Assembly: GCA_963677895.2 (NCBI GenBank)
Contig: CAXXGJ010000025.1
Span: 128,001 to 192,000, forward strand
Length of the DNA stretch: 64,000 nt
Direction of reading: 5' to 3'
DNA from: Treponemataceae bacterium
Lineage (GTDB): Bacteria; Spirochaetota; Spirochaetia; Treponematales; Rectinemataceae
A program made the translations under genes and the position numbers. The notes beneath the pieces were generated by a model that was given only the letters and a program-made list of their open reading frames with translations, ran no database searches and was not told where the DNA came from. This document shows positions 9,834 to 18,219 of the stretch, piece by piece. How positions within the stretch are numbered: position 1 is the first letter of the stretch; each line of letters opens with the position of its first letter.

Positions 9834-11387
9834 ATGAAACGAACAATCAGAATCATGATGACGCTCATTCTCGCCATGGTCTGCATCGGATCGACATTCG
9901 CCCAGGGGGCGAAGCCGGTGACGATCGAGATGTGGTATGGAGCGGCCATCACCGAGGCGGGCCCGCCCCCCGACGACTGGGTGGTCTACAAGATACTGCG
10001 CGAAAAATACGGGATCGAGCTCAAGATCACGGCCGAGCCTTCGAACGAGAACGACCAGGACGTGAAGATTCTGGCCGCGGCGGCTGCCAACCAGCTGCCC
10101 GACCTCTTCATGGTGCGCCGCGATCCCTGGCAGACCTTGATCAAGCAAGGCCTCGTGGCCCCCATAAACGACATGTATCCTCTCATGCCCAACAGGGCCG
10201 AGAATCATTTCAACGAGGATTCCATCGCCTTCTCGACGATCAGGGGCAAAAGCTACGGTTTCGCCTTCCCCGGCTCCCTCCAGAAGAACGAAGGCCTCGT
10301 CATCAGGAAAGACTGGCTCGACAAGCTCGGCCTCAAGATGCCAACCACCCTCGACGAGCTCTACGATGTCTGCTATGCCTTCACCTTCAAGGATCCCGAC
10401 GGCAACGGCAAGAACGACACCTACGGCTACGGCGCCTTCGTCGAGCTTTTCGACCAGGAGCAGTACCTCGGCAGGCGCTTCGAGCCCATCATGGGCGCCT
10501 TCGGCGTGGCCGGCACCTGGAACATGACCGAGAAGAATTTCGGACTCAACGCGAAAAAGCCCGAGTTCTTTGAAGCCCTCAAGTTCGTCAACAAGATGGT
10601 GGAGAACAAGGTCGTCGACCCCGACTGGCCTTCCCTCAAGAAGGACGATTTCCGCGCCGCCTGGAAACAGGGCAAGTTCGGCGTGATGAGAGAGCAGAAT
10701 GCCGCCCTCGCCGCCCAGGCCAACTACGCCCCCTTCGACAAGAATTTCCCCAACGGTGAATGGGTCGCGCTTCCCCCTCCCAAGGGTCCGAAAGGTCTCG
10801 CCGCCACGGGCGTCATGGATGCCAACTACAGGATCTATGCCGTCTCCCCCAAAGCCATAAAGGCCGGAAAGAAGGAAGCGATCGCCAAATTCCTCGACTG
10901 GATGGCTTCCGAAGAAGGCTATAAGCTCATCGGCTGGGGCGTCGAAGGCGTGAACTATTCACTCGACGCGAACGGCGACATCACGGAGAAGAACGTACCC
11001 GCCGACACCAAGTTCTCGTCTCCCAAGGGACAGACGGTCACGCAGCTCCGCAATATGGTTTTCTACAACAGCACCCTCGAGCTCAACGCCCGCTATCCCT
11101 ATTTCACGACCGCCAATGGCCGCAAGATCGGCCCCCTGGGTTACCTGAAGTCCTTCCAGTCCTATCCCTGGATCAACGTGACGGGTATGGGCACGATAGC
11201 CCCCTCCCCGAACAACGCCGACCTCAAGCGCTTCATCAACCAGGGCGTTCAGGAATTCGTACTGGGCAAGACGGCGCTGACGAAGGAAAACTTCGACGCT
11301 TTCGTGACCCAGATGGACAAGCTGGGCGCCGCTGCCTGGGAAAAGGCCGCCAGGGCGCAGATGGATGAGAACGGATACCTGAAATAA
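9834..11387 (+). CDS. ABC extracellular solute-binding protein (family 1), likely for oligogalacturonides
   Basis: Signal peptide; IRKDWLDKLGL and DPDGNGKNDT motifs; AGGAGG RBS. Confidence 0.9.
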   Translation: MKRTIRIMMTLILAMVCIGSTFAQGAKPVTIEMWYGAAITEAGPPPDDWVVYKILREKYGIELKITAEPSNENDQDVKILAAAAANQLPDLFMVRRDPWQTLIKQGLVAPINDMYPLMPNRAENHFNEDSIAFSTIRGKSYGFAFPGSLQKNEGLVIRKDWLDKLGLKMPTTLDELYDVCYAFTFKDPDGNGKNDTYGYGAFVELFDQEQYLGRRFEPIMGAFGVAGTWNMTEKNFGLNAKKPEFFEALKFVNKMVENKVVDPDWPSLKKDDFRAAWKQGKFGVMREQNAALAAQANYAPFDKNFPNGEWVALPPPKGPKGLAATGVMDANYRIYAVSPKAIKAGKKEAIAKFLDWMASEEGYKLIGWGVEGVNYSLDANGDITEKNVPADTKFSSPKGQTVTQLRNMVFYNSTLELNARYPYFTTANGRKIGPLGYLKSFQSYPWINVTGMGTIAPSPNNADLKRFINQGVQEFVLGKTALTKENFDAFVTQMDKLGAAAWEKAARAQMDENGYLK

Positions 11388-11410
11388 GGCGAAAAAAGAC
11401 TTAAGCTGAC

Positions 11411-11446
11411 AGGCGCGGCCGGGAGTATTCCGGCCGCGCCTCCTTT
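11411..11446 (+). terminator. GC-rich hairpin after the solute-binding protein gene (terminator or mRNA stabiliser)
   Basis: AGGCGCGGCCGG-GAGTATT-CCGGCCGCGCCT with only a weak U tract. Confidence 0.55.
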
Positions 11447-11457
11447 ATGGAACCACC

Positions 11458-12570
11458 ATGGACAAAGCACAACACACAGAATCAGGCAGGCTGCTCACCG
11501 ACCTCGCCGATGCAGCACTCCAGGCCTGCAGACCCGACACGGTGCGCTGGAACTACGAGAACGGCCTCATCCTTCAGGCAGTCAGGGAAGCCTCTAAACG
11601 GCAGCTGGGGAGCACCTATGACGCTGCATTGCGAAAAATCGCCGAAGCCCTCGTCACCCCCGAAGGATTCATCGTCGGCTATAGAACCGACGAATTCAAC
11701 CTGGACCAGATAAACGCTGGCAAATTCGTCTTCTCGATGTGGAAGGACAGCGGCGATAAACGCTATAAAATTGCCCTGGAGCAGCTCATGGAGCAGCTGG
11801 CATCGCATCCCCGCACGCCTTCGGGCTCTTTCTGGCATAAAAAGATCTACCCTAACCAAATCTGGCTGGATGGGCTCTACATGTTCGGCCCCTTCGCCGC
11901 CCGCTGCGCGGCTGAATTTTCCAATCCAGCCCTTTTTGATGATGTCTGCCTCCAGCTTTTCCATGTGAGGGAAAGTATGAAGGACAGGGCTACGGGGCTC
12001 TACTTACACGCCATGGATGAATCGCGTCGCATGGGTTGGTCCAATCCGGGAACGGGGCTTTCGCCCCATATCTGGGGCAGAGCGGTGGGCTGGCTTTCGA
12101 TGGCTCTCATCGACATCCTGGACTGGCTGCCCGAAAGCCATCGAGACAGGCTGGCTGTCGTCGCGATGTTCAAGGATCTCATGAAGTCGGTTGTTGCGGT
12201 CCAGGACGGCTCGGGGCTCTGGTACCAGATCCTCGACATGGCCAGTGAACCTGGCAACTATCTCGAGGAATCGGCTTCGGCCATGTTCGCCTACTCGCTT
12301 TTCAGGGGCATGCGCATGGGAATGCTAAGCCCGGAGACTTTTGCAGTGCCTGCCGAGAGGGCGCTGGCGGGGATCAAAGATCGTTTTGTCTCCCGCGATG
12401 CCACAGGCAGAGTTCATGTGGGCGGCATCTGCAAGGTGGCCGGCCTGGGAGGCAATCCTTATCGCGACGGTTCCTACGCCTATTACATGAGCGAACCTGT
12501 AGTCTCGGATGACTACAAGGGCACTGGTCCCTTGATCCTCGCGCTCTGCGAGGCTTGCGAGAAACTCTGA
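11458..12570 (+). CDS. Glycoside hydrolase family 105/88 (YteR-like unsaturated rhamnogalacturonyl hydrolase)
   Basis: WNYENG, FWHKKIYPNQIWLDGLYM, WGRAVGW, NYLEESASAMF, GLGGNPYRDGS. Confidence 0.9.
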   Translation: MDKAQHTESGRLLTDLADAALQACRPDTVRWNYENGLILQAVREASKRQLGSTYDAALRKIAEALVTPEGFIVGYRTDEFNLDQINAGKFVFSMWKDSGDKRYKIALEQLMEQLASHPRTPSGSFWHKKIYPNQIWLDGLYMFGPFAARCAAEFSNPALFDDVCLQLFHVRESMKDRATGLYLHAMDESRRMGWSNPGTGLSPHIWGRAVGWLSMALIDILDWLPESHRDRLAVVAMFKDLMKSVVAVQDGSGLWYQILDMASEPGNYLEESASAMFAYSLFRGMRMGMLSPETFAVPAERALAGIKDRFVSRDATGRVHVGGICKVAGLGGNPYRDGSYAYYMSEPVVSDDYKGTGPLILALCEACEKL

Positions 12571-12620
12571 GCATCGGCATAATAACGCCGTCAAGCATGC
12601 CTTGGTATTAGTCCTGAGGA

Positions 12621-14702
12621 GTGCGCGCCATGGAATTAAAAAACGTGAAACCAGGATTCCCCGCCTGCCTTGCTATCGTCTTTCTGCTCTCAACAATCGG
12701 GATCTTCCACGCGACAGCACAGACAGGGCAGCCTGGCGACAGCCAGCAGCTCTCCCTGAGCGCTCTTGGCTATGATACTTCCATCGGCCTTGTCCGCGAA
12801 GCCATCGCCCGCGACCTCGCCGTAGGCGTCGCCAGCAGCTCGGTAGCCATAACGGATGGCGGCAGGATCGTCTATTCCGAAGGCTTCGGCATGGCTGACC
12901 GGGAAAGAGACATCGCGGCGGATCGCAATACACTCTTCAACATCGGATCGATCAGCAAAGTCTTCACCGGCGCCGCCCTCATGCTCCTCGTCGACGACGG
13001 ACTTCTCGAACTCGACGATAAAGTGGTCGAGCATTTGCCTGAATTCGCGATGGAAGATCCTCGGCACCGAGACATCACGCTGCGCATGCTCCTCAACCAC
13101 AGCTCGGGGCTGCCAGGCTCCACGCTCTCCAACAGTTTCGGGGCGGAGCGCAATCCGGGGTTCCATGAGCAGCTGCTCTCCACCCTTCGCCGCTCCAAGC
13201 TCCGTTCCGACCCGGGAAAGTTCGCTTCCTACTGCAATGACGGTTTCAGCCTCGCGGAACTCGTTATCGAGCGCGTGAGCGGAAAGCCCTACGAAGAATT
13301 CCTGCGAACGAGGCTGTTCGCACCATTGGGGCTTGAAAAAACCGGCCTGAGCGTCGGGCTTCGTCCCGGGGAAACCAGCGCTGCCTTCTACAGGTCCCAA
13401 GACGGGGCTAAGGATGCTCTGGAGGTGGTGTCTGCCACAGGCGCTGGAGGCATTGCGTCCACTGCCGAGGATCTTTGCCGTTTCGCCGATTCTTTCTCGC
13501 TGGGAGGGACGAGGATTCTTTCCCAGGCATCCCTGCGCGAAATGATGAAGCCGCAGCCTTCCCTCGCGGCTATCGCGGCCGACAGGAATCCGGAGATGCC
13601 CTTCGGGCTGGGCTGGGATGTCGCCCTCCCCTCATTTTACGCCGACAAGGGTATCCAGGTATTCTGGAAGGGGGGAGATACCTACCACTACCACGCCTTG
13701 ATCCTGACAAGCCCCGAACGTCGGCTGAGCCTGACGATCCTCCAGTCCGGCGAGGGCACCGGCCTCATACGCCTCGCGAAGGAGCTATTCGAAAGCCTGC
13801 TTGCCGAAAAAGGCGTCATGGTCGCCCGCCCCCCTATCGCCTCCGTCCCGATTACATACCTGCCTGTGCCCGAGGAGTTTAGGGATTTTGAAGGCTACTA
13901 CGGGCCATCGCTCTTTAGGCTCGCCCTCTCGCCTTCAGGCGATTCCTTCATCCAATACATCTCGATAGGCAGCCAGGAGCTCCCGGTCTTAACCATGCGT
14001 TATACGGGCGGCCATTTCGAGGACGGGCAGGGCGGAAGATACTTCCTTACCCGCATGGGCAGAAAACAGTACTTGGCAGGCTCCATGTTCGATGACTGCA
14101 TAAGGATGGTGATGGGTCAGAGACTGCCGGAAAAGGCTGGGGAACAGACACTGCGTATGAACATCGACGGGAAGGTATGGCTGAAGAGGAGCGTAAAGCC
14201 CTTTGTTACCTCAGGCGACAGCGCCACCCATATCCTCGTTTCGAGTCTCGCCAGTTCCCTTCCCGGCTATGTCGACTTCGCGGGCATCAAGGAAATCACC
14301 GCGCCCGACCGCGCCGGCATGACCATCGAGGCCATCTCGGAACAACAGGAATTGCTGCTGGCAGAAGAGGAGGATCGAGTCTGGGTCTGGCTAGCTGAAG
14401 CCCTCTACTGCCCTGTCGACTCGGCTACAGCCCTCGCTACGGGAGCGAACACTACACGCATAGGGCAAAAGGGTCTCAACGAATGGCGCACGGCCAGCGC
14501 GGAGCGGCTGCTCCGTATCAGCCTTCCTTCATCGGGTAGGCTCATCGTGTTCTCCGCCGATCGCTCGGTCATCCACGACAGCGCCTTCGATACCCACCAT
14601 ACAGGCAGCCTCATTCACGTGGTGGAACTGCGCGTACCGGCCGGCAGCTTTGTGGAACTGGCAGGAAATCCTCAAGACCTATTCAGCATCGTTGTGGAAT
14701 AA
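12621..14702 (+). CDS. Exported serine hydrolase, beta-lactamase/AmpC-like superfamily
   Basis: FNIGSISK (SxxK), LLNHSSG, YCN (YxN), KGGD; N-terminal hydrophobic signal. Confidence 0.85.
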   Translation: MRAMELKNVKPGFPACLAIVFLLSTIGIFHATAQTGQPGDSQQLSLSALGYDTSIGLVREAIARDLAVGVASSSVAITDGGRIVYSEGFGMADRERDIAADRNTLFNIGSISKVFTGAALMLLVDDGLLELDDKVVEHLPEFAMEDPRHRDITLRMLLNHSSGLPGSTLSNSFGAERNPGFHEQLLSTLRRSKLRSDPGKFASYCNDGFSLAELVIERVSGKPYEEFLRTRLFAPLGLEKTGLSVGLRPGETSAAFYRSQDGAKDALEVVSATGAGGIASTAEDLCRFADSFSLGGTRILSQASLREMMKPQPSLAAIAADRNPEMPFGLGWDVALPSFYADKGIQVFWKGGDTYHYHALILTSPERRLSLTILQSGEGTGLIRLAKELFESLLAEKGVMVARPPIASVPITYLPVPEEFRDFEGYYGPSLFRLALSPSGDSFIQYISIGSQELPVLTMRYTGGHFEDGQGGRYFLTRMGRKQYLAGSMFDDCIRMVMGQRLPEKAGEQTLRMNIDGKVWLKRSVKPFVTSGDSATHILVSSLASSLPGYVDFAGIKEITAPDRAGMTIEAISEQQELLLAEEEDRVWVWLAEALYCPVDSATALATGANTTRIGQKGLNEWRTASAERLLRISLPSSGRLIVFSADRSVIHDSAFDTHHTGSLIHVVELRVPAGSFVELAGNPQDLFSIVVE

Positions 14703-14838
14703 GGTGGCCGGCCTGGGCGGGAACCCTTACCGCGATGATTCTTTCGCCTATTACATGAGCGAACCCATCGTGTCCGACGACTTCAAGGGTGCCGGCCCCT
14801 TCATGCTGGCGCTCTGCGAGGCGCTTGCGAATAATTGA
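14701..14838 (+). pseudogene. Orphan second copy of the GH105 3' end (diverged direct repeat of 12433..12570)
   Basis: Reads KVAGLGGNPYRDDSFAYYMSEPIVSDDFKGAGPFMLALCEALANN*; collinear 138 bp match to 12433..12570. Confidence 0.9.
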
Positions 14839-14985
14839 TAGGATTTACAGTTTTTGACAGGATAACAGGATGGGCAGGATTTACAGATAAGAATTTAGGT
14901 AAAGAAAAGAAAGAGCGAAACGATGCTTTTTTCTTTTTTTACCCAAATATTTTCCCGTAAATCCTGTCCTAACGTAAATCCTGTC
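14839..14985. repeat. Long imperfect inverted repeat (REP/MITE-like; possible bidirectional terminator)
   Basis: Reiterated (C)AGGATTTACAG/ACAGGAT on the left, GTAAATCCTGTC twice on the right; inner ATTTAGGTAAAGAAAAGAAAGAGC pairs with a T-rich arm ending TTACCCAAAT. Confidence 0.7.
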
Positions 14986-16247
14986 TAGCTCTTCTCCGCG
15001 AAGCCTGTCAGCGCGTGGGCGACCAGGTTCGTCAGCGATTCCACCTTCATGCCCATCGCGTAGTAGTCATTCAGCTCGGTGAGCTGGGTGTGGCAGTTCT
15101 CGCAGGCGGTGCAGATGATATCGGCGCGGGCTGCCTTGATCTGATCGACCTTCACCTTGGCCGATTTCATGCGGAATTCCTGCTCGCCCATCGAGATGAG
15201 CCCGCCGCCTCCGCCGCAGCACCAGTTTTCCTCGCGGTTCGGCGTGAGTTCTACGAAATCGCCGGTGAGGGCGCCGATAATGCGCCTGGGCTCCTCGATG
15301 ACGCCGCCGTTCCTCGCCAGCTGGCAGGGATCGTGATAGGTGAGACGGCCCTGAAGCGTGCCCGGTTTCAGGGAAATCCTGCCCTCGGCGATATAGCGGT
15401 CGATAAGCTCCACGATCGAAGTCACTTTGAAATCGTGCTTCCCCGATTGGAACTTCATGACGCGGGTGGCCGTGCCGCATTCCACGACGACGACTTCCTT
15501 CACGTTGAGGCGGATGGCCTCGTCGACGATGCGCTGGGAAATCTTCGCCTGTTTTTTGGCGTCGCCCAGCCAGGCGGCGAAATTGACCGCCTCGAAATAG
15601 CTCAAGGTCCAGTTTTCCTTCGCGGCGTTCATGATGGCCGCGGCCGGAATGATGGAGTGCGCGCCCGAGAGCCCGACATAGAGAACATCGGCGTCCTGGA
15701 CATCGACGGGGATCGTCTTCCTGCCTTCGGGCGTCGGAGCCAGGGCTTCCACCTGGGATTCGAGATTTTTGATGGCTTCCCTATAGTTTTCGCCCGACTC
15801 GACAAAGGTCTCGCCCTTGGCGATCGACATGTCGGAGAGCATCGCGAGAAGCTGAGGCTGCCGTTCCACGCCGATGAGGAGAAGCTTGGCTATGCCCATG
15901 ACCTGCTGGGTGTCGATGCCGAAGGGGCAGAAGCCGATGCAGCGGCGGCAGCCCGTGCAGGAAAAGGCGGCTTCGTAAGCCTTGTCCATGCCGATATCGC
16001 CGAAGGAAATCGTCTCGCCGAGCCAGGGCGCGAACTTGCCTTGAAGCTTGAAATAGCGCTTGAAAAGCTTGCGGATCACCTCGGCTCTGCCGACGGGCGT
16101 ATATTTGGTCTCGGGCATCGACGCGTAGACGTGGCAGGCTTCGACGCAGAGCCCGCAGCGAGCGCAGGTGTCTAGGTAAAGACGCATGGCCTTGTTGAGC
16201 TTCGTCTCGAAAAGGCGCTTCAGATGGCCGGTCGTTATATCATCCAT
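14985..16247 (-). CDS. Fe-S oxidoreductase with CCG domain (DsrK/HdrD/TmcB-like)
   Basis: CARCGLCVEAC and CTGCRRCIGFC 4Fe-4S motifs; YHDPC...CCGGGG...CTACENC. Confidence 0.85.
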   Translation of the reverse strand: MDDITTGHLKRLFETKLNKAMRLYLDTCARCGLCVEACHVYASMPETKYTPVGRAEVIRKLFKRYFKLQGKFAPWLGETISFGDIGMDKAYEAAFSCTGCRRCIGFCPFGIDTQQVMGIAKLLLIGVERQPQLLAMLSDMSIAKGETFVESGENYREAIKNLESQVEALAPTPEGRKTIPVDVQDADVLYVGLSGAHSIIPAAAIMNAAKENWTLSYFEAVNFAAWLGDAKKQAKISQRIVDEAIRLNVKEVVVVECGTATRVMKFQSGKHDFKVTSIVELIDRYIAEGRISLKPGTLQGRLTYHDPCQLARNGGVIEEPRRIIGALTGDFVELTPNREENWCCGGGGGLISMGEQEFRMKSAKVKVDQIKAARADIICTACENCHTQLTELNDYYAMGMKVESLTNLVAHALTGFAEKS

Positions 16248-16250
16248 GGC

Positions 16251-16988
16251 TTACCTCCTTCTCAGCATATTCAGCGGCAGGCTGAAGAATATGTGCACGA
16301 TCTTGCTGAAAGGCAGGATCATCATGAAAAGTTCAGCCAGGAAGACATGAAGCACGATGAAATGATAATGCGAACCATGCAGTACGAGTCTGGGGTTCAT
16401 GAAAGTGAAGCTCGAGAGGATGCCGAAGTAGCCGCGGAAATTGGCCTTCGTCATGACAAAGCCTTTGGCGGTCCAGGAATTTCCCCAGCTGATCATATCG
16501 CCCAGAAGGAAGGTGAAGAGAAGGAGAAGGAGGAGCAGATAGTCGGCGGGCACCGAGATATGCCTGTTCTCGCCCTTGAATCGCCTGAAAAGAAAATAGA
16601 AGGCGGGAACCGTGACCGAAACGCCGACGAATCCCGCGCCCACCATGTGGCGTGAAGCCGCCGGCACGATGTTGATGCCGGGGAAGAGGTCCAGATGGCC
16701 CAGGATCAGGAAGGCGATGCCCAGATGGAACCACATGAGGAAAAACCAGAAGACCGGTTTGCGCTTTCTGATCATCGGCATGCCGAAGGCGTCGCCCAAA
16801 GCCGCCAGGGCCGGGCGCTTCCTCGCGGGGAAGGTTTTCAGGCTGTAGGCGGGTGCGGGAGAGGAAATGATGGAGGCGATCTTCACGGCGATGCCGACGA
16901 CCATGACGGTGATGGAGATATAGACGAGAGGCACCATGATGAAGTAGTAGAGGCCATCCAGGAAAAGGGCGAAGCCAGTAGGGGCCAC
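16251..16988 (-). CDS. NarI/DsrM-like membrane b-type cytochrome
   Basis: About five TM helices; FHLGI...GH, LHVFLAEL and PFSKIVH His ligands. Confidence 0.8.
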   Translation of the reverse strand: MAPTGFALFLDGLYYFIMVPLVYISITVMVVGIAVKIASIISSPAPAYSLKTFPARKRPALAALGDAFGMPMIRKRKPVFWFFLMWFHLGIAFLILGHLDLFPGINIVPAASRHMVGAGFVGVSVTVPAFYFLFRRFKGENRHISVPADYLLLLLLLFTFLLGDMISWGNSWTAKGFVMTKANFRGYFGILSSFTFMNPRLVLHGSHYHFIVLHVFLAELFMMILPFSKIVHIFFSLPLNMLRRR

Positions 16989-16997
16989 GGCGAGGCC

Positions 16998-17237
16998 TTA
17001 CTTTTGTCGCTTCACGTAGAAGCGGATAAGGCCGGAATCTTGTTTCGTTTCGAGAACGGCATTGCCTGTCGATTTAGCCCAGGAAGGGACATCGGCGAGG
17101 GAACCCGGATCGGTGGAGAGCATCTCGACGACCTCTCCCACCTTCATCTTCGCGACTTCCATGCTGAGCTTGACGATGGGCATCGGGCAGGCGAGCCCTT
17201 TGCAGTCGAGCGTTTTCGTGACGGCGTAATCAGACAT
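16998..17237 (-). CDS. tusA: TusA-family sulfur carrier
   Basis: LDCKGLACPMP motif, TDPGS, 79 aa. Confidence 0.88.
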   Translation of the reverse strand: MSDYAVTKTLDCKGLACPMPIVKLSMEVAKMKVGEVVEMLSTDPGSLADVPSWAKSTGNAVLETKQDSGLIRFYVKRQK

Positions 17238-17264
17238 ATATTTCTCCTTAAGCGAAAAACTTGA

Positions 17265-17801
17265 TCAAATGAATAACTGGACGGCTGATTCCTTGGCGTC
17301 CGCGAGGAAGGAAGCCACCCCGACGACTTTCATGCCGGGATAATCGATCATCTCTTCCATCTTCATCCCCATGAGATCCATCGACATCTGGCAGATATTG
17401 ATTTCGACGCCCAAGGCTCCGGCCGCTTCGAAAAGCTGATCCAGGCTGGCGACGTTTTTTTTAGTCATGAGGCTTTTGAGCATCGCGGTGCCGGCGCCCG
17501 CCATGTTCATCTGCGAAAGCTTCAGCTTGTTGCGTCCTTTCGGGAGCATGAAACCGAACATCTTGCCCATGAAATCCTTGCCGCCTGCCTTCTTGGAAGG
17601 ATCGCGCAGGGCGGCGGTTCCCCAGAAGGTATAGAAAAGCACGACCTTCATGCCCATGGCGGCGGCGCCGGTGGCGATGATGAGGGATGCTATCTGCTTG
17701 TCGAGTTCGCCCGAAAAAACGACCATGGAGAGCTTGTTCTCCATGCCGGGGGCGGAGTTCACCTTAGCCTTGAGCTCACTGAGCTCTTTTTCGATGTCCA
17801 T
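17265..17801 (-). CDS. DsrE2/DrsE-like (DsrE/F/DrsH family) sulfur-transfer protein
   Basis: VFSGELDK, FYTFWG, LSQMNMAGAG, ICQMSMDLMG with conserved Cys. Confidence 0.88.
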   Translation of the reverse strand: MDIEKELSELKAKVNSAPGMENKLSMVVFSGELDKQIASLIIATGAAAMGMKVVLFYTFWGTAALRDPSKKAGGKDFMGKMFGFMLPKGRNKLKLSQMNMAGAGTAMLKSLMTKKNVASLDQLFEAAGALGVEINICQMSMDLMGMKMEEMIDYPGMKVVGVASFLADAKESAVQLFI

Positions 17802-17824
17802 AGAGTGTTTTCCTTGAGAGAACG

Positions 17825-18127
17825 CTAGTTGTCGCCAGCGCGGCAGCTTTCGAGACAGTGGAGGAGTTCGACGAGATGAGGTTGGGCGAGGCGATAGACG
17901 GCGAAGCCGTTTTCCCTGCGGAATTCGACGAGATCGGCCATGCGGAGAATGCGCAACTGTTGGGAGACGAGCGACTGCGGGACGGCGAGCCGCTCCGTTA
18001 GGTCGCTTACGTGCGCTTCGCCGCCGCAGAGCTGGGCGACTATCATGAGACGTATCGGGTGAGAAAGAGCCTTGAGTATTTCGGCAATATCGGCCGCGCG
18101 CGCCGAATCGTTCTTCAGGTCGCTCAT
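17825..18127 (-). CDS. ArsR/SmtB family transcriptional repressor
   Basis: LKALSHPIRL, SQQLRILR HTH; three Cys. Confidence 0.9.
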   Translation of the reverse strand: MSDLKNDSARAADIAEILKALSHPIRLMIVAQLCGGEAHVSDLTERLAVPQSLVSQQLRILRMADLVEFRRENGFAVYRLAQPHLVELLHCLESCRAGDN

Positions 18128-18149
18128 CGGAATATCCGCTTCCTCAGGA

Positions 18150-18215
18150 TATAGTGTTATCTTTATATCGCTATATCTTTATAAAACTATATTCCGTCGG
18201 CGCGCGCATGTCAAT
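18150..18215 (-). promoter_or_regulatory. Promoter and candidate ArsR operator of the sulfur operon
   Basis: Minus strand TTGACA...TATAGT followed by ATAAAGATA twice. Confidence 0.5.
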
Positions 18216-18219
18216 AAGT

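Noticed and set aside
12621..14702. Bona fide beta-lactam resistance gene
   Set aside because: SxxK/YxN motifs are shared with many esterases and peptidases, and the protein has long extra C-terminal domains
12433..14838. 138 bp repeat pair as a diversity-generating retroelement TR/VR
   Set aside because: Differences are mostly synonymous and not adenine-specific, and no reverse transcriptase is in the window
14839..14985. CRISPR or mini-array
   Set aside because: Units are short, irregular and inverted, with no repeat-spacer periodicity and no cas genes
14985..16988. Evidence of nitrate reductase or canonical sulfate reduction
   Set aside because: No narGH, dsrAB, dsrC, apr or sat genes in the window
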